A stretch of 50,726 nucleotides of DNA, counting the filler, from Jimgerdemannia flammicorona (taxonomy: Eukaryota), in NCBI GenBank assembly GCA_003990765.1. It is 2 parts of 2 records of this genome, joined end to end, with 100 filler letters (N's around TTAATTAATTAA, not from the genome) between each part and the next. Parts side by side here need not be neighbours in the genome. Positions count along the whole stretch, not along the records: positions 25,421 to 50,726 come from RBNJ01000851.1; 1 more part is not named here. One strand, 5' to 3'. Made by a program: the position numbers and the translations under genes. The notes below the pieces were generated by a model. That model did no database searches and was not told the DNA's origin. It was given only the letters and a program-made list of their open reading frames with translations. Within the stretch, counting starts at the first letter, position 1; every line of letters starts with the position of its first letter. Positions 36,721 through 50,149 of this stretch are shown here, piece after piece.

Positions 36721-39700
36721 ATGTACTGGCTGAATGGCGTAGCGAGGCAACTCTCTGCCGTTCACTTGGACAACAAGCCACAAAATTGTCACTTCATTGC
36801 CTTGAAGCGGAGCAAACATGGCTCGCTATTTGTCACCCTCACACCCGATGCAATACACCTCTGGTCAGCAAAGGTAGGTGCATCTCTGTAAAGTATGCAG
36901 TAGTGCTTGTGTCCTCACCACTCATGCCACTTCCTTCGTGTCTTGCACGCAGCCAACAGTGTTGGTCTCCAAGGTCGACCGAACCCCGAAACATGTTACC
37001 GACTTTGGAGAGAACAGATCCATAATATGGAAGCCCGACGCCACCTCCATAGTCATCGTGGTAAGCACCATATCAACTTACCGTCATTTAGCGACACTAA
37101 TAGCATCTGACCCCATATTTCCACTCCCCAGACCTCCAAGAACTACCTCCTCCTCTACACCATTCAGACCTTTGACACGCATTCGTTGAAATTTAACTTC
37201 AACACAACACACCCATATATTACGGGACCAGGAGAAGCCAACGGCTCCAAGACAATGCTGCTCAAATTTAGGTTGACAATTAGGATTGAAGCAGGCGTGG
37301 CGAGGTACCGCTGGGACTGATTGTTTGCTTGGCATTGCCTAAGGATGGGTTGTGATGTTGGATATGGATATTTGTCGCCATGAAAGCAGCTTCTCCACGG
37401 CACACACTCACAGTGTTTTTCGTTTCCGATCTCTCGCAGCGGGGCAGCATCAGATGATACCCTTGTAATCGCAACCCAAACCCCTCCCGCGATTCAATGT
37501 ATATCGTGGAACGCGAGCGAGGTCAACATGACCAAGACGACGTTGCTGCATCGGTTGCCGTTTTTGGTATCCAGGTCTGGTAAGCAGAATCATGGGCGGA
37601 CGGCGCTGTGGGTTTTAGGGTTTTAGGGATTTTGGTAGCCTAGGCGGAACGAGGCCCCACGACACGAGGAAAGTTTATATTATTGAGATACTGGCGGTGT
37701 GGTGTGGAAGGCTAATATGGAGGATGGTGCAGGTCTTTTGGAGTAGACTTCGGAAAGGTTTGATGAGGGCTGCATGCAACTAACCGTAGCTTGGTTGTTT
37801 TGAAACAAAGAGGCTATCAAATCGATGATTATCGATAAAGCGATGAACGTTTACATCTGGGTTGCAAGTGACGGTAGATGTTATTTCGTACTGCGAGGAC
37901 AGGGCAATGGGCAAGCGGTTCGTTCCATATTTATTGTATCCTCTCGGTCGGCCGTCATGATGTGCCTATCATGCGCATACGTTCTACTCGATAACTCTCG
38001 GGTTGCAGCTCAATTTACCAATTTTGGGTTCCTCCATGAAGCTATCACCCGGCACCTCCGCTCCGGCGTCATCCACTTCACCCACTACAGACTGGGCCGG
38101 CTACTGTTTCCACGGCGCGGTCCCGGAGCAGAGTGTGAATGGAATGACACTGGATGAAGCCCAGAAGAACGAAAAGGGCACGAATAAGGAAGGTGTAGAA
38201 TGGAACGAGTATCACCATGCGACGTGCGTGGCGGTGAATACGAGGTTCTCGTTGATTGCTGTAGGGAGTGCTGGGTGCGAATATATTTTTATTTTTATTT
38301 ATTTATTTAATTTTAAAAAAAAGAAACAAGGGGGGGGGAGGATGACATGCTGCTCTGGATTCGAAGTGATCATCCTGAGATTGGTGCTGTTTACCAAGAT
38401 TTTTTTTTTATCTGACTGTAAGCTCGTCAATATACTGTCAGATTAACGCTTCTCATTTCGCGCGCCATTAATCGATAGAGGAGACGTCTTCGTTTACTCC
38501 GCACACAACTACACCTCGGCTCCCACACTCTCGCACACGCTCTCTCTCCGTAAACACAACCCGTCCTTTTCTCGCCTGCTCGAGCCCAACCGGGTCACTT
38601 CCCTTGCCTGGACCTCGGACGGTTACGCTCTCGCCGTCGGCGGCGAGCATCTCGGGATTAGTGTGTGGAGCGTCTATGGGGCCTTGCTTGTGGCCTCGGT
38701 TAGAGGGCTGGAGGAGCATTGGTGGGAGGGCGCGACAGTTGCAACGCCGACGACAGAGATGCTGAGCCCGACGATGGCGAGTGGGGAGGGAAGTGCGGTG
38801 TTGATGAGCGGACTGTGAGTATGTGTGGACGGGGGTTGATATTTTTGAGTTGTGTGGTGAATATAACATCCTTAAGGCCTTAAGGACACCTAAGGTCATG
38901 GGTACCATTTCCCCCATGGTCGATGATGGCTTTCCAGCTCATATTCCTCAACTCATCAACTCATCTCCATGGTTTTGCATCCTCGACGGAACCGTTCTTG
39001 CATTGACATCAAAGACCAAACACATTCACAGATTCATTTTTGCATGGCGTGGACAGCTTAGTGAAGTATTAATTCCTGCTACTTTAATTTAATTTTTTTG
39101 CTCCAGACGCAAATAGATCGATTAATTGCCCTTACGTTGCCGTACCTTTGATTGTTTTTTGTTTTTTGTTTGTTTGTTTGTTTGTTTGTTTGTTCGTTAG
39201 TTTGTTTGTTTGTTTGTTTGTTTGTTTTTTGAAAAAAAAACTAATATTCGATGCTTGATTCCGTATCGAACCTTTTGTCGTGCTCCAGTTTTGGGGACCA
39301 GGTAACCATGACTTGTATGTGCTGACACCTCCACCTCCCCTTGGGGGATATAGAAAAAAATCAAACGGCTCAAAACGGGATGATGACGATGGTACGTCGG
39401 GTTCGTATTACGGCAGTAGTTTTGCAGCTGACTTTTTATTTGGCTGAACTTGGTTGTTAACATATTTGCCTTTCGACGGAACGTTATATTAGCAGGAGAT
39501 ACGGACAGACCATCAAATAACAACCCCTTGCTGTTCTGTTTACCTTTTGCAAAATCGGCGGTGACGGTGTTGCATTCTCCTGTGAGCATCAGCAGGCTGT
39601 TATTTTATTTTATTTTTGAAGATGGGAGTACATCATCAATAGCTGTTATTGGCCGGATCTCGAGGGATTCCATCCAAAGAGAAAACGGTTACATTTTCAG

Positions 39701-42700
39701 CCAACCCCTATAGTAATTTTTACGATGGAACTATTCCGATGTTTACAGGAGAACACCAAACGCGGATTCTTGCTGCTGGAGAGCTCAATGTTATTGTACA
39801 GCGGTGGCGAACATAATGACATTACTGCCATTAATCCGGACGCGATTGTTTGGTCTCATATTCAGGTGAGATGGTGCAGTATCAGTAGTGTGTGAGGCTG
39901 AGTTTTTTAAGTTGAGCTACGATAACGTACGTGAATGCTCTCATAATACTCGGACTCGATCAGAAAAGCTAAATCGTTACCAATCCTTGACGATGGTAGT
40001 ACCCTGCCATTTATATTACCGAGCACTGGCCTATTCGGGTATGCATAACATTGTTATCAAAGCATGTATTTTTCGAAAACAAGTAGAGCATATAGGAAGC
40101 ACCAATCTGCTCTCATTCGTAGCTATTTTGACTAACCATCTATATATCTATACCTCCAAACATTTCCGCATGCGATCCCCATACTACTAGTACGCAACAA
40201 TCAACTCAGACGGCCGATATGTCGCCATTGCGGGCCGTCGTGGCTTAGCGCACTACAATATGTCCTCAGGTCGATGGAAGCTATTCGGTAACCAGCAACA
40301 TGAGCGCGAGTTCGTTGTTCGGGGCGGGATGGCGTGGTACAAGCATGTGTTGATTGCGGCATGCCAAGATGTGAGCACAAAGAGCCAGGAGGTAAGCGAA
40401 TTGAATTGGAGGACGGTTATCCGTGTGAATATACATATACCCTATTTGCTTTAACACATACACACAATTTTCTAGATCCGTCTATACTCGCGCGAGACAA
40501 ACCTTGACAACATGTACATGCTTTATTCCACGTCGTTGCACAACAGTCAGTCCACGACTCTCCACCTTGCTATCTCGGGATCCTATCTGACTGTGTATTG
40601 CTCTGATAACGTCATATATGTCTATCTCATCGAACGGCCGACATTGGATACTTATAAGCTGGAGCTTTTGCGAGAGATTAGTCTTGTGGGAATTGTGAAT
40701 CAAACCGGGCGAGTTAGAGGAATGTCGATGTTAAACGCCACTGGCATTGCTGGTACGTCACAAATCAAGTTGCCATGTCATCCAAACTATTATGGAAGGA
40801 TACATCCTAATAATGGCACATTCGTCCACCCCTTCGGATCAGGACGCCTAAGTACTCTCGACGAGTTGCTTGTTGCGAACATTGTGCTTTTAGTGGACGG
40901 GAAGCTGGTCTTACTCCGCTCACATGTGGTACGTAAGATAATGGTCGTTTTCGTACTTTCGTTTTTCTAAGCTCGCTTGAACTTCACCTTGCCCGCCGAT
41001 TCGTTTTTAAACGTCATTTTTCACACGGAATCACGTAGAGTGACGATTATAATCCCGAAATGCCGGACACACATTTCGACTTGTACATTCTCGCAGACAT
41101 GGTGGAGTGTTATTGGATTGGCAATAAGGTGGTAGGCAATCTGGAGAGCTCGATATGGGCTGTCGATGGTCAGGGAATCAAGGTTTGTAATTTTTGTCAT
41201 TAACAAGACTCATTTTATGTGATGCGGGTTTCTCGATTTTATGTTCTACACCGGAACGCTCTGTAGGTCTTAGTCATATTTTACATTGTTCATCTTTATT
41301 TGCACTTTCGTCTCCCCTGCAGATATTCACAAATCTCTTCGATGCCGACGCATTCAATGTCGACTCGACATTCATCATTGAAGAAGATTCCGCTATCGAG
41401 CCACTATCATCGTCAGATATGGATCGACTTAGGTCGGAAACGTCGTCGCTCATGTCGCTGCCGACTTCTCCGCCTCCACGATGGAAAGTTCTTGATCTGT
41501 CGATGGCAAGCGAATATGCATTGCATGTTCGGTTGGACTTTTATCCGTTGTGTAAGTTGGTTCTTGTCAGTTAACTTTTCATGCAAACGTCAGCTATTAA
41601 ATCTACTTTGCAACGCCACTCTATGTTATGCGTTACATGTTTTAGCGATAATGCTTGACAAAGGGATCATTATGGGTGTGGAGCAAAGCATTTCCATACG
41701 TACCTCACTGGACTTCGCGATATTCAAAATCCATACGAAGGCAAGCAATCTTGAATCGCCATGTACTTTACACATAGAACGGTATGGCATACATGCTAAA
41801 ACATGGTCAAAATTTATAGACACACTTGTTCCTGCACCATCTACTGACATATTTGCTGAGTCGAGGGTATGGCTTATTCTATTATCTCGCATTAACCTCG
41901 GTATCAATCTCGTTGAATGGCTTCGTTTTCAACGCTAACGATGCAATCCTATTCCGAATGTGTCATACATCCCCTGACCCGCTCTCATTATCAGCCTGGA
42001 TCAAGAGGCCGTCACGTTTGGAAGAGCGTATGAAAAGTTCGTGTACTTCGGCCACGCGTTGGAGATCCTGTTGCATAGAGTACTGGAGGACGAAGCGGAC
42101 AGGGCCCTTGGAACTTCGGAAGGTTGGTAATGATTTCTCACAAGATGTGGCTGCAATGCTATACCGTTGGACATGTAGATTTTATTACCGTGACGCAAAC
42201 CATGCCGTATTCTTTAGGTGCTATTTTACCCTCTGTCGTCAAATTCCTGGATCATTTCTCCCATGCTCTGGACGTCATTGTAGGATGCGCGCGAAAAACA
42301 GAAGTGGCTCTGTGGGAATACCTGTTCTCGATTGTTGGAAATCCCAAAGATTTGTTCGAGGTGGATCAATCCCCCTTATTCACAATATTATATTGATCAC
42401 TTCTTTGACGGGATCCTGACAATTGTGTTTATGCTGCGTAGATGTGCATGGCAGAAGACCGCTTAAAGACAGCAACATCGTACTTGATCATTCTGCATAC
42501 ATTGCAGCCGTTGGCCGTCGGCGGAAAGGTCAGCAGAGAGAGCCAGCCAATTTCCTTCGCCAAACGATTTCTTGAGTTTCTTTGGTCTCACATCGCAATT
42601 GTTTTGTTTTAGGATACCGTGCGGCTACTGCAGAAAGCCCTGGATGCTGAGAATTTTGAGGTAACCTTGCACACAACTCGGCTTCATGTTATCAAACGGA

Positions 42701-43015
42701 ACTTTACGCCAAGTAACTATTTGCTGACCATCATCTTTGACACTTTTCTCCTGATAAACCAGTTGTGCAAAGAATTAGTACGATTCCTCAACTCCATCGA
42801 CAGTAAGTATTGTGACATTACTTTGAATAGCTAGAAATCATCCCGGATTGCATTAACCGCAATTTTTTGCCGATTCCGAATCCACAGGTACCGGACAAAC
42901 GCTACAAGATGCGGTGGCCATCATCCAGGCCCGTGAAAACGGTCCATTGTCCCCCACGAAAACGGACGCACAAATGGAGCGTGTCGTGGAACGGATGGCG
43001 ACGCTTGGCGTGTAG
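36721..43015 (+). CDS. RIC1: RIC1 (Rab6/Ypt6 GEF complex subunit), multi-exon
   Basis: MYWLNG start; [85 protein letters not shown]; many GT-AG introns; CpG intact. Confidence 0.92.
39148..39230. repeat. (TTTG)n microsatellite in a RIC1 intron
   Basis: Directly visible. Confidence 0.9.
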
Positions 43016-43723
43016 AATTTTTTTTTTTTTTGTATGCCTGTGGTAGTGCATGATTCATCGGTTATTGGTGGTTGCACACATTATGTTCAATGTTCAAGTA
43101 GACGTTTTGTGGACGTTTGTTAGCCGGGTTTTCCATCGGCATGACGATACAATATTACATTCTCACATCAAAAAGACGTGTTCGCATTTGAGCTTCTAGA
43201 GAGGAGGACCAAGGAGGACCGACTTATTTTCATGCTTCGGACGAGCGTCCGATTTAGAGAGGATATTGAGCATGCTTCCAGTATATCGTATAATGCTACC
43301 TTATACACAAGTTAGTTTGTTTGGGTGATGAAAAGTAACAGAGATAATAGTAGGTAAAAAAAGTAATAGTATATAAGTATATAAGGTAAGATACTTTATA
43401 ATTCAGACAATTAGTAAAGATAATGCTAGAAGAGGCTGAATATTATACTATATGGGGCGTGCTGCAACAAAACCAAACAAAGTGAACATTTGAGTGGCTG
43501 GGATTCTGCAGTATAGTTCTCGCCATATGTAAAGGAACAAGGGTGATGCATTTTAAGTTGTTCAAATAAAACTTTTCATTGACACTAAAATTTCAAATAG
43601 GAAAATATAGTCGTTTTACACATATTGAAAAATATCTTTGCGTATATAGGATCATGATTTTTGCATGTGACATTAAGTACGTCAGTTTACTTCGAAGAGT
43701 GTTAGATTACAATTGTCGAGTTC

Positions 43724-46195
43724 ATGCCTCCCAAACGAAAGAATGTTGCTAATGGCCCCAAACAAACTGGACCATCGAAGCGAAGGAATATAGCGAGAAC
43801 CCACTCATTCCGGCTGCTGGAAGACCACGACGTGGTTAGTGACAAGCTCAAGCCTGGACAGTAGAGACTGGCGACTTTTACTTACTTTTTTATTTGCCGC
43901 TAGACTGACACCACTTCTGAGCATGTCAACCGTATTTTTCTACTCGACTCATCTGCGGTGCCAGAAGGCGGTCCAACGGGGATAGACTTTGACACCATGG
44001 AGAAGCGAAACTATCCCAAACTGGATGCATCCAGGCTGGATAAACACAAGTTACCCTTTCTCATCCGAAACTGCGCGATCGAAGGTCTAAATTTAATGCA
44101 GAGCTTAAAAGAAGATTTTGACGAGATAAAAGAGGAAAGCCCTGACAAGAAAGGGCGGATTTCCAACGTTGGCAGAATACTCAGTAAGCTGTCGCTGCAT
44201 TCGGCCCCCCATGTCTCCCATTTCAAACAGTGCTAATGTCGGTCTTTTCTGTTGTATGGCTAGCTGGCATCGCTGACGGGGGAAAATCGTACGCGCTATA
44301 CCATGTCGTCCAGTTTTGTCGGGCCTCGGGATGGCTTGTCCTTTACGTTCCAAGGCGTAAGTCTTCGAGAATTTTGTGTGCTTTGGTCAGTAAGAAAGCA
44401 TAACTCACTGCAGTCTTTATATTTACTTCCAGTGGGAACCCTCGCAGTAGAGAAAGACGAAGATGCAGCTAAAAAAATTTTGACCGACTTTATTAAGGCC
44501 GAAAAAACGAAACTCAAGAAAATGAAGTACCCCAACAAAGACTATTCCGTGTACGATTTTATTTTAAATGGCATTGGCAACGAAGAATTTGTAAAAACAT
44601 TCAACGGGCTCATGTCTGTTTTCCTCGCTGATGAGCTGACGTGAGTATGCTCTTGTATAACTGACTTGAGAGGATTGCACATTGCTCATGTTTCCCTGTC
44701 TACTATTGTAGGTATCCTCTTCTTATCGCTGTTGATGAATGGAATGCTCGGTTCTCCCAAACCACTTCTTGCAAGGAAGTACTCAAGGCTTTTAACGATA
44801 AGATGATGGTAGGTTTTACATAAATATTCTGCACTATCGATTGATAAGCCTCACTGATTATAATTTGTGTCTACAGACGTCGGGCTTTTGGCTCTATTCT
44901 ATCTCTGCAGCGTTCGACCCTGTCCAAGGTCTCAGGAACGCCGACGCGACGACGATTCTCATCAAAATTCCGTCCTACACTGAGGAAGAATACGACTGTA
45001 CCATAGAATGCCAGCAGCATTTTAAGCGACTTCCCACAGGTATTGGCATAATCTGGGAATTAACAACTTCTTTAGCGCCGTATTTTAATTTCTTCTCTCT
45101 TTTCAAAGCCATCGACAAGGAACAGATCCAATATCACTCCGCCCTTATTCCGCGAATGATCTTATATTGGTGTATAGAATGGAGTTCAAATTTGGAAAGG
45201 CCATTCGAGGACGTCTTGAAGTCCTTTTCCAATCGTGCAGTCAATTATTACAGAGGGAGGATCAGGAGGACCTTGGAACGAGCTAGTGGTTTGCCCGTCG
45301 ATAATAAGACGTTGATACATCAGACAGCGGCCTTCTTCTACCTGAATGTCCCGGTAACGGACCTTCCCGAGTTGTGGGAGATTTCCGGCCTGTTCATTGA
45401 GGAGAAATCAGAGATGGATGGTGGTGCATATGTTTACAAATGTGTCTGTCCGTCCGTGGACATGGCTATCGTCAAATATTTTCAGGATTCTGCCAACTCA
45501 ACCATCACCATTCTGGTAGGTCATCTTATTGTTTTTCCTCCATCTTCTATGATCCTTTTTCTAATGACTTCATCAATCAGATCGCAGATCCAGCAATCAA
45601 CTGGCGGGGTCTCGAGCTACTGGTATCTCGCTACTTTCGCAGAGGAGGCATATCTACCGTCAGTTTGGTAGACAAAAACCTAATGGGAGAGAAGCGACAA
45701 GATGAGAGATTGAATATCAGCCTTTCCAGAAGCCTCGAACAGACGACGCTGCTTATCAATACACCCATACCACCGGGAACGTTTCTAATTTTACGTCGAG
45801 GACATGCGGTCATTGACTTCATTGCTTATTCCTCGGAGAACCTTGGTGAACTCTTTTTTATTCAGATTTCCAAATCGTCGTATACGACGCACGAGTCCAA
45901 GGTCACCGATCTGAAGAACAAGATTCAAGGTGGCAATAAATCGATTTTGGAGCACTATATGGGTCTCTGCCAAACGGAGGATGGGAAGAAGCGGTTTCCA
46001 AAAGTCCAAGCTAAAGACATCAACAACCTTAGCAAGAAACTTCCCAAAGGCGTCTACTATGTATTCATCACAACATCTGATTCAGAAATCAGATCGACAA
46101 ACACTATCAAGAATCATCCAGTCATTCTTGTGCAAGGTGATGACGTTAAGAGTGTAGTGGGTTCTGATTGGGATTCATACAAAGAGAAATTTTAA
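43724..46195 (+). CDS. Spliced P-loop NTPase fused to a C-terminal PD-(D/E)xK-like nuclease (Crinkler/RHS-type NTPase+REase architecture)
   Basis: Spliced Walker A RILTGIADGGKSYALYHVVQFCRASGWLVLYVP (exon from 44264), Walker B LLIAVDEWNA, C-terminal GHAVIDFI..LFFIQISKS, N-terminal basic MPPKRK..PSKRR. Confidence 0.75.
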
Positions 46196-46260
46196 CTTCA
46201 TAAATCATAAGGCACTCGCTTTATAGATAATAATTATAGTGTAAAATTCATAGTAATGTC

Positions 46261-46858
46261 TGTTGGGTTTGATTATTGTGACGTTTGAAATCGGATCCTT
46301 CGGATTTCGTCAACTAGCGTAGAGCGGTCCTTTTCGTTGTATGCGGTTGTCTGTTTAGCTTGTGCCAACTAAGATCGATTAACGGTCTCAATTGACTCAA
46401 TAACTGTAGTGATAAGGGATAAAAGGTTGTTCGTGCAATCAAAGGGTGAGAGTAACAGGGTGTCTCGCGAATACTGTCTTCGAAGGATTTCCCAGTGAAT
46501 ATCCTTGGTTCCAAACTTTGCTTCCGACTTACCTCGCGTTATCTACCAGGATCTTATTGGCAGCAACCTATGCTCCTCAATCCGTTAGGCTAGATATCGG
46601 GACTTACGGGTAGCAAAGCGAATCCTTAGAAATTGACAGAGAAACCCTCAAAAGAGAATCTTCGTTTGAATGAGTTTTAAAGGGGTAGTTATATTGCGGT
46701 GAACACAAAACTAAAAACTCCTGAGAGATCCAGCTCTCAGTACAGTGGGTATTTATACTAAATCTGTTGAAGTTGCGTAGGTCGCATTACTAATGAATGA
46801 CGTAAAACTGATGGAATGGTGTAATCACGTGTTGACATATCGAGTTGCCATCCCAACA
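46261..46858 (-). repeat. Copia 3' LTR (598 bp)
   Basis: TGTTGGG...CCCAACA inverted ends; minus-strand TATAAAT near 46755. Confidence 0.82.
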
Positions 46859-47254
46859 CTCCTGCTCAACGAGATATGTAATCCAAAAAGAAATGCAAAC
46901 TAGAGTAAAAAAGCAATGCAATGCATGAAAAAACTAGAACTGCATATAACCCAAATTACAACTATTCGCGGGTTGAAAAGTGTCCCGAAATGTCCGAAAT
47001 ACCCACAAAAATGCAACATATGTAATCCATATAATCCACTTATAGATGAGGGATGTAACCAATATAGATGTGAATGTAGTATGGTAAGGAAGGCTTTTTA
47101 CAGCCTGAAAAGTGTCCCATGATCAACTGAATGCTGGCATACCACTTGTAAGACCTATTCCTTTAATGTATTGCTCAAACTTTAGCTTTGGAAGGGCTTT
47201 CATAAGTAAATCAGTGATCATATACTCTATGGAGATATATTCTAAGTATATAGT

Positions 47255-49317
47255 TGTAAGCGCACAACCTCCAAGCTGCTGGAATTACACGTCACCCTCT
47301 GAACAAGCCACAGAAAACACACGTGACCTCTGAACAAATCTGGAAATCACCTGCTTGATCATGAAGCTGAGTTAAACCAAAGTCACAGTACACAAAGCTG
47401 AGTCAATACGAAGTCATGGAACACAAGATTTACATAAACAGAATCTTACCAATCAGGACTAAATGCATATATACCGAGCACCGAGATGTATTAAATCAGA
47501 GAACCAAAACAAACAACAACCACAACTTCCAAACACACAAACATAACCACTGAGATCTACAACTGTATCCGTGCTGACATTTGGAATGCCATTGTCAAAC
47601 AAGCTACACCCCCTCTGCCCCTCATGAATATCCATAGCCTAGCACCCCTCTACTTCATGGAAGCCTGATGGAATGCTCTGAACATGCTTAGTGAGGCCCA
47701 CCGAATCGGACAAATCTCAAGCTACTACCAGATCGGCTGCCTCCTGGAAGATATAGTTGAACACTACCACGATACAGACATTACCCAGATGTCTCAACAC
47801 CAGAAGCTCATCACCCACAAACATCAAGAACTCTTCTACAAGTATAGTACCATTATTCCCCGCCTCTGAGTTACTACCAGCGAAATGGTTGCTACCCTGT
47901 CCTATGGCCAAATCGATGACATGATACAAGAACTCAACCAGAAGTACCTCGAGTACGTCGAAACCACAGACAGAACCTTCCCACACCCCAATGATCATAT
48001 CCTACAAATGCCCCAAGTTGGATACACCATGAAAGACATCTATGATATAATCCACTTCGATGAAGATGAAGCAGAAGACAATGATCCCTCTGACGCTGAC
48101 ATGACCTCTAGCCAAGGATCTCTGCCAACTCTGATCACTCCACCAACCTTATCGATGAACTTACAACAGTTTATAACTGCATACAAGACTTATTGGGACA
48201 ATGACCACTGGCACAAATACCAACCTGCATTCACCCCCGATTACTTCAACTACAATGAAGAGACCAGAGAACACAACCTATACCTTCAGACAACCCTCGA
48301 GATCGAACCAACCACTCCACCACCTGAGTATGAGCGACATGAACCACAGCCACCAGCTTACTATAACTCTGCGACTCATAGTGCTATAACCTACAGAAGG
48401 TATGCAGACAGTGAATTCGATGAAAGTGAAAATGATGCACCCCTCCTTTGCCCACCAACACCTTATCCAGCATATGAGACTGATGATGCCATCTTGTGGG
48501 ATGGAGACAAAGTTCCAATGTATTATTACCTTAGTGAACAAGGAGAAGTAACCCATGAACCATTATTCCTAGATGACTACTTCATCAGAGATGATGCAAT
48601 CGATGGTGATGTCATCGAAGACTACCCAGACAGTGCCTAAACCTATAAATAGCCTAGCAGTCATAGTATAGTTAGATTAGCATTGTATGATGTAACTGTG
48701 AACTGACTCAGCAGTCAGACGATCTCTTGATATGTCAGATCACACTTGTACTACGTGACTGCATTCTGACTCAGCAAGGCACTTAGTGCTACATCCATAT
48801 CTAGCATAGTCCAGATAGCTCCTCACTAGTATAAATACCCCCTCTCCCAGATCTCAGAATCTCAGACTCGAACACATAAGAACATTTCTGAATACTTCCC
48901 CACAATATCTCTTCATACAAATACTCCTAGTATAGTAATATCATGAATAGCAAATAAACCTACTCTATAACCCATAACCCACTCTTAAGTAAATCCACTC
49001 CCTGTTAGGTCCCACTCCTAACCCTGTCACGAAATTTCCTAATTGGGTATTGTCTGCAGTGGTACACCAATTCAACTAAGCTGGTCTTAGTTTCTTGAAC
49101 TTCCTGAAATACGGAAAATCCTAAACATCTAGAACTAGTCTGAAAAAGGACTTTGGTTGAGATATCAACCCAACCTTGAAATCAATAAGCATAGAGGACA
49201 TACTCCATATGAAATTGATCTTGACCATAAGAAAACAGTCTTCCAGAACATCTAAAATATCCAAAAAAACCTTTCCAGAACTATGTAATGGTCACCCTAA
49301 AAAGTAACCCTCTTACA
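47255..49317 (+). mobile_element. 2063-bp long-type solo LTR
   Basis: TGTAAG...CTTACA with perfect 5-bp TSD ATAGT (47250-47254 / 49318-49322). Confidence 0.95.
47543..48640 (+). pseudogene. LTR-encoded 365-codon ORF of unknown function (helical N-domain, acidic Pro/Tyr-rich tail)
   Basis: One frame with two internal TGAs and ATG>ATA at the start (ATG is retained in the 32936 copy); lies upstream of the LTR TATA box (~48830). Confidence 0.82.
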
Positions 49318-50149
49318 ATAGTGCTATTTTCTACATATTTCTATACAAAATAATGCTATATATTAATATGGTTCATTCTACTATAATGTACTGGATTCTT
49401 AGCAAGTACAATTATAGACTGGTTATTCTGGTATAGTATAGTACTTTATTTTTGAGTAAATCTGAGTACTTTTAATAGCTTATAAAGCTAAATGACTTTC
49501 TTTATCATACTTGATAATACTTGGTACTCTGCCTGTATTGATGATATTGCTATGGATGATTGCTTGTGTATTTGTCATAAAATAACTCTTTTGTTATTGC
49601 TTCTATTGATATAGAAAAGATATCTAGTTATAGATTGGTAGTTGTCTAAATTACCTGCCTAATTGGTATTACATATATCAGATGGCTGAATGTTATTTTT
49701 CTTACTATTAATCCTACTTAATCAAATATCACTACTATCTAATATAAGTATATAGTATACTGATCTTTTTAAGTATTTAAAAATTCTCTTAATAATACTC
49801 AAATATGAATTATTATAATAGAAGAAATACTGTACCATCTTATTCATAGTGTATAATATATCAGATCTCATTCCTAATATAAGATATATAAGAGATCCAA
49901 CTGCTTACTAATAGGGAATATTTTTATTATTATCTTTGGTACTGTTTTTAGTAAATATATTGTCATCATTTTGAATATAGTGTTTGACTTCTTTAACTTT
50001 ACAAAAGTATCTATAAAAGTGCCAACAAGCTTATATTCACTCATATTGAAATATTTGAGAATTTTTTAAGCATATATTACTTGTAAGAGATATATGATAT
50101 GTATGTTTCTATCATATGTAATTATAAGAGAATTACTTATAAAAATACT

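Noticed and set aside
38860..39110. Palindromic CCTTAAGGCCTTAAGG region in a long RIC1 intron as a MITE
   Set aside because: No convincing paired TIRs or TSD found by eye.
43724..46195. Calling the gene mitoribosomal DAP3/RSM23
   Set aside because: Similarity is limited to Walker regions; it has an NLS-like start and a nuclease-like C-terminus, so no symbol was assigned.
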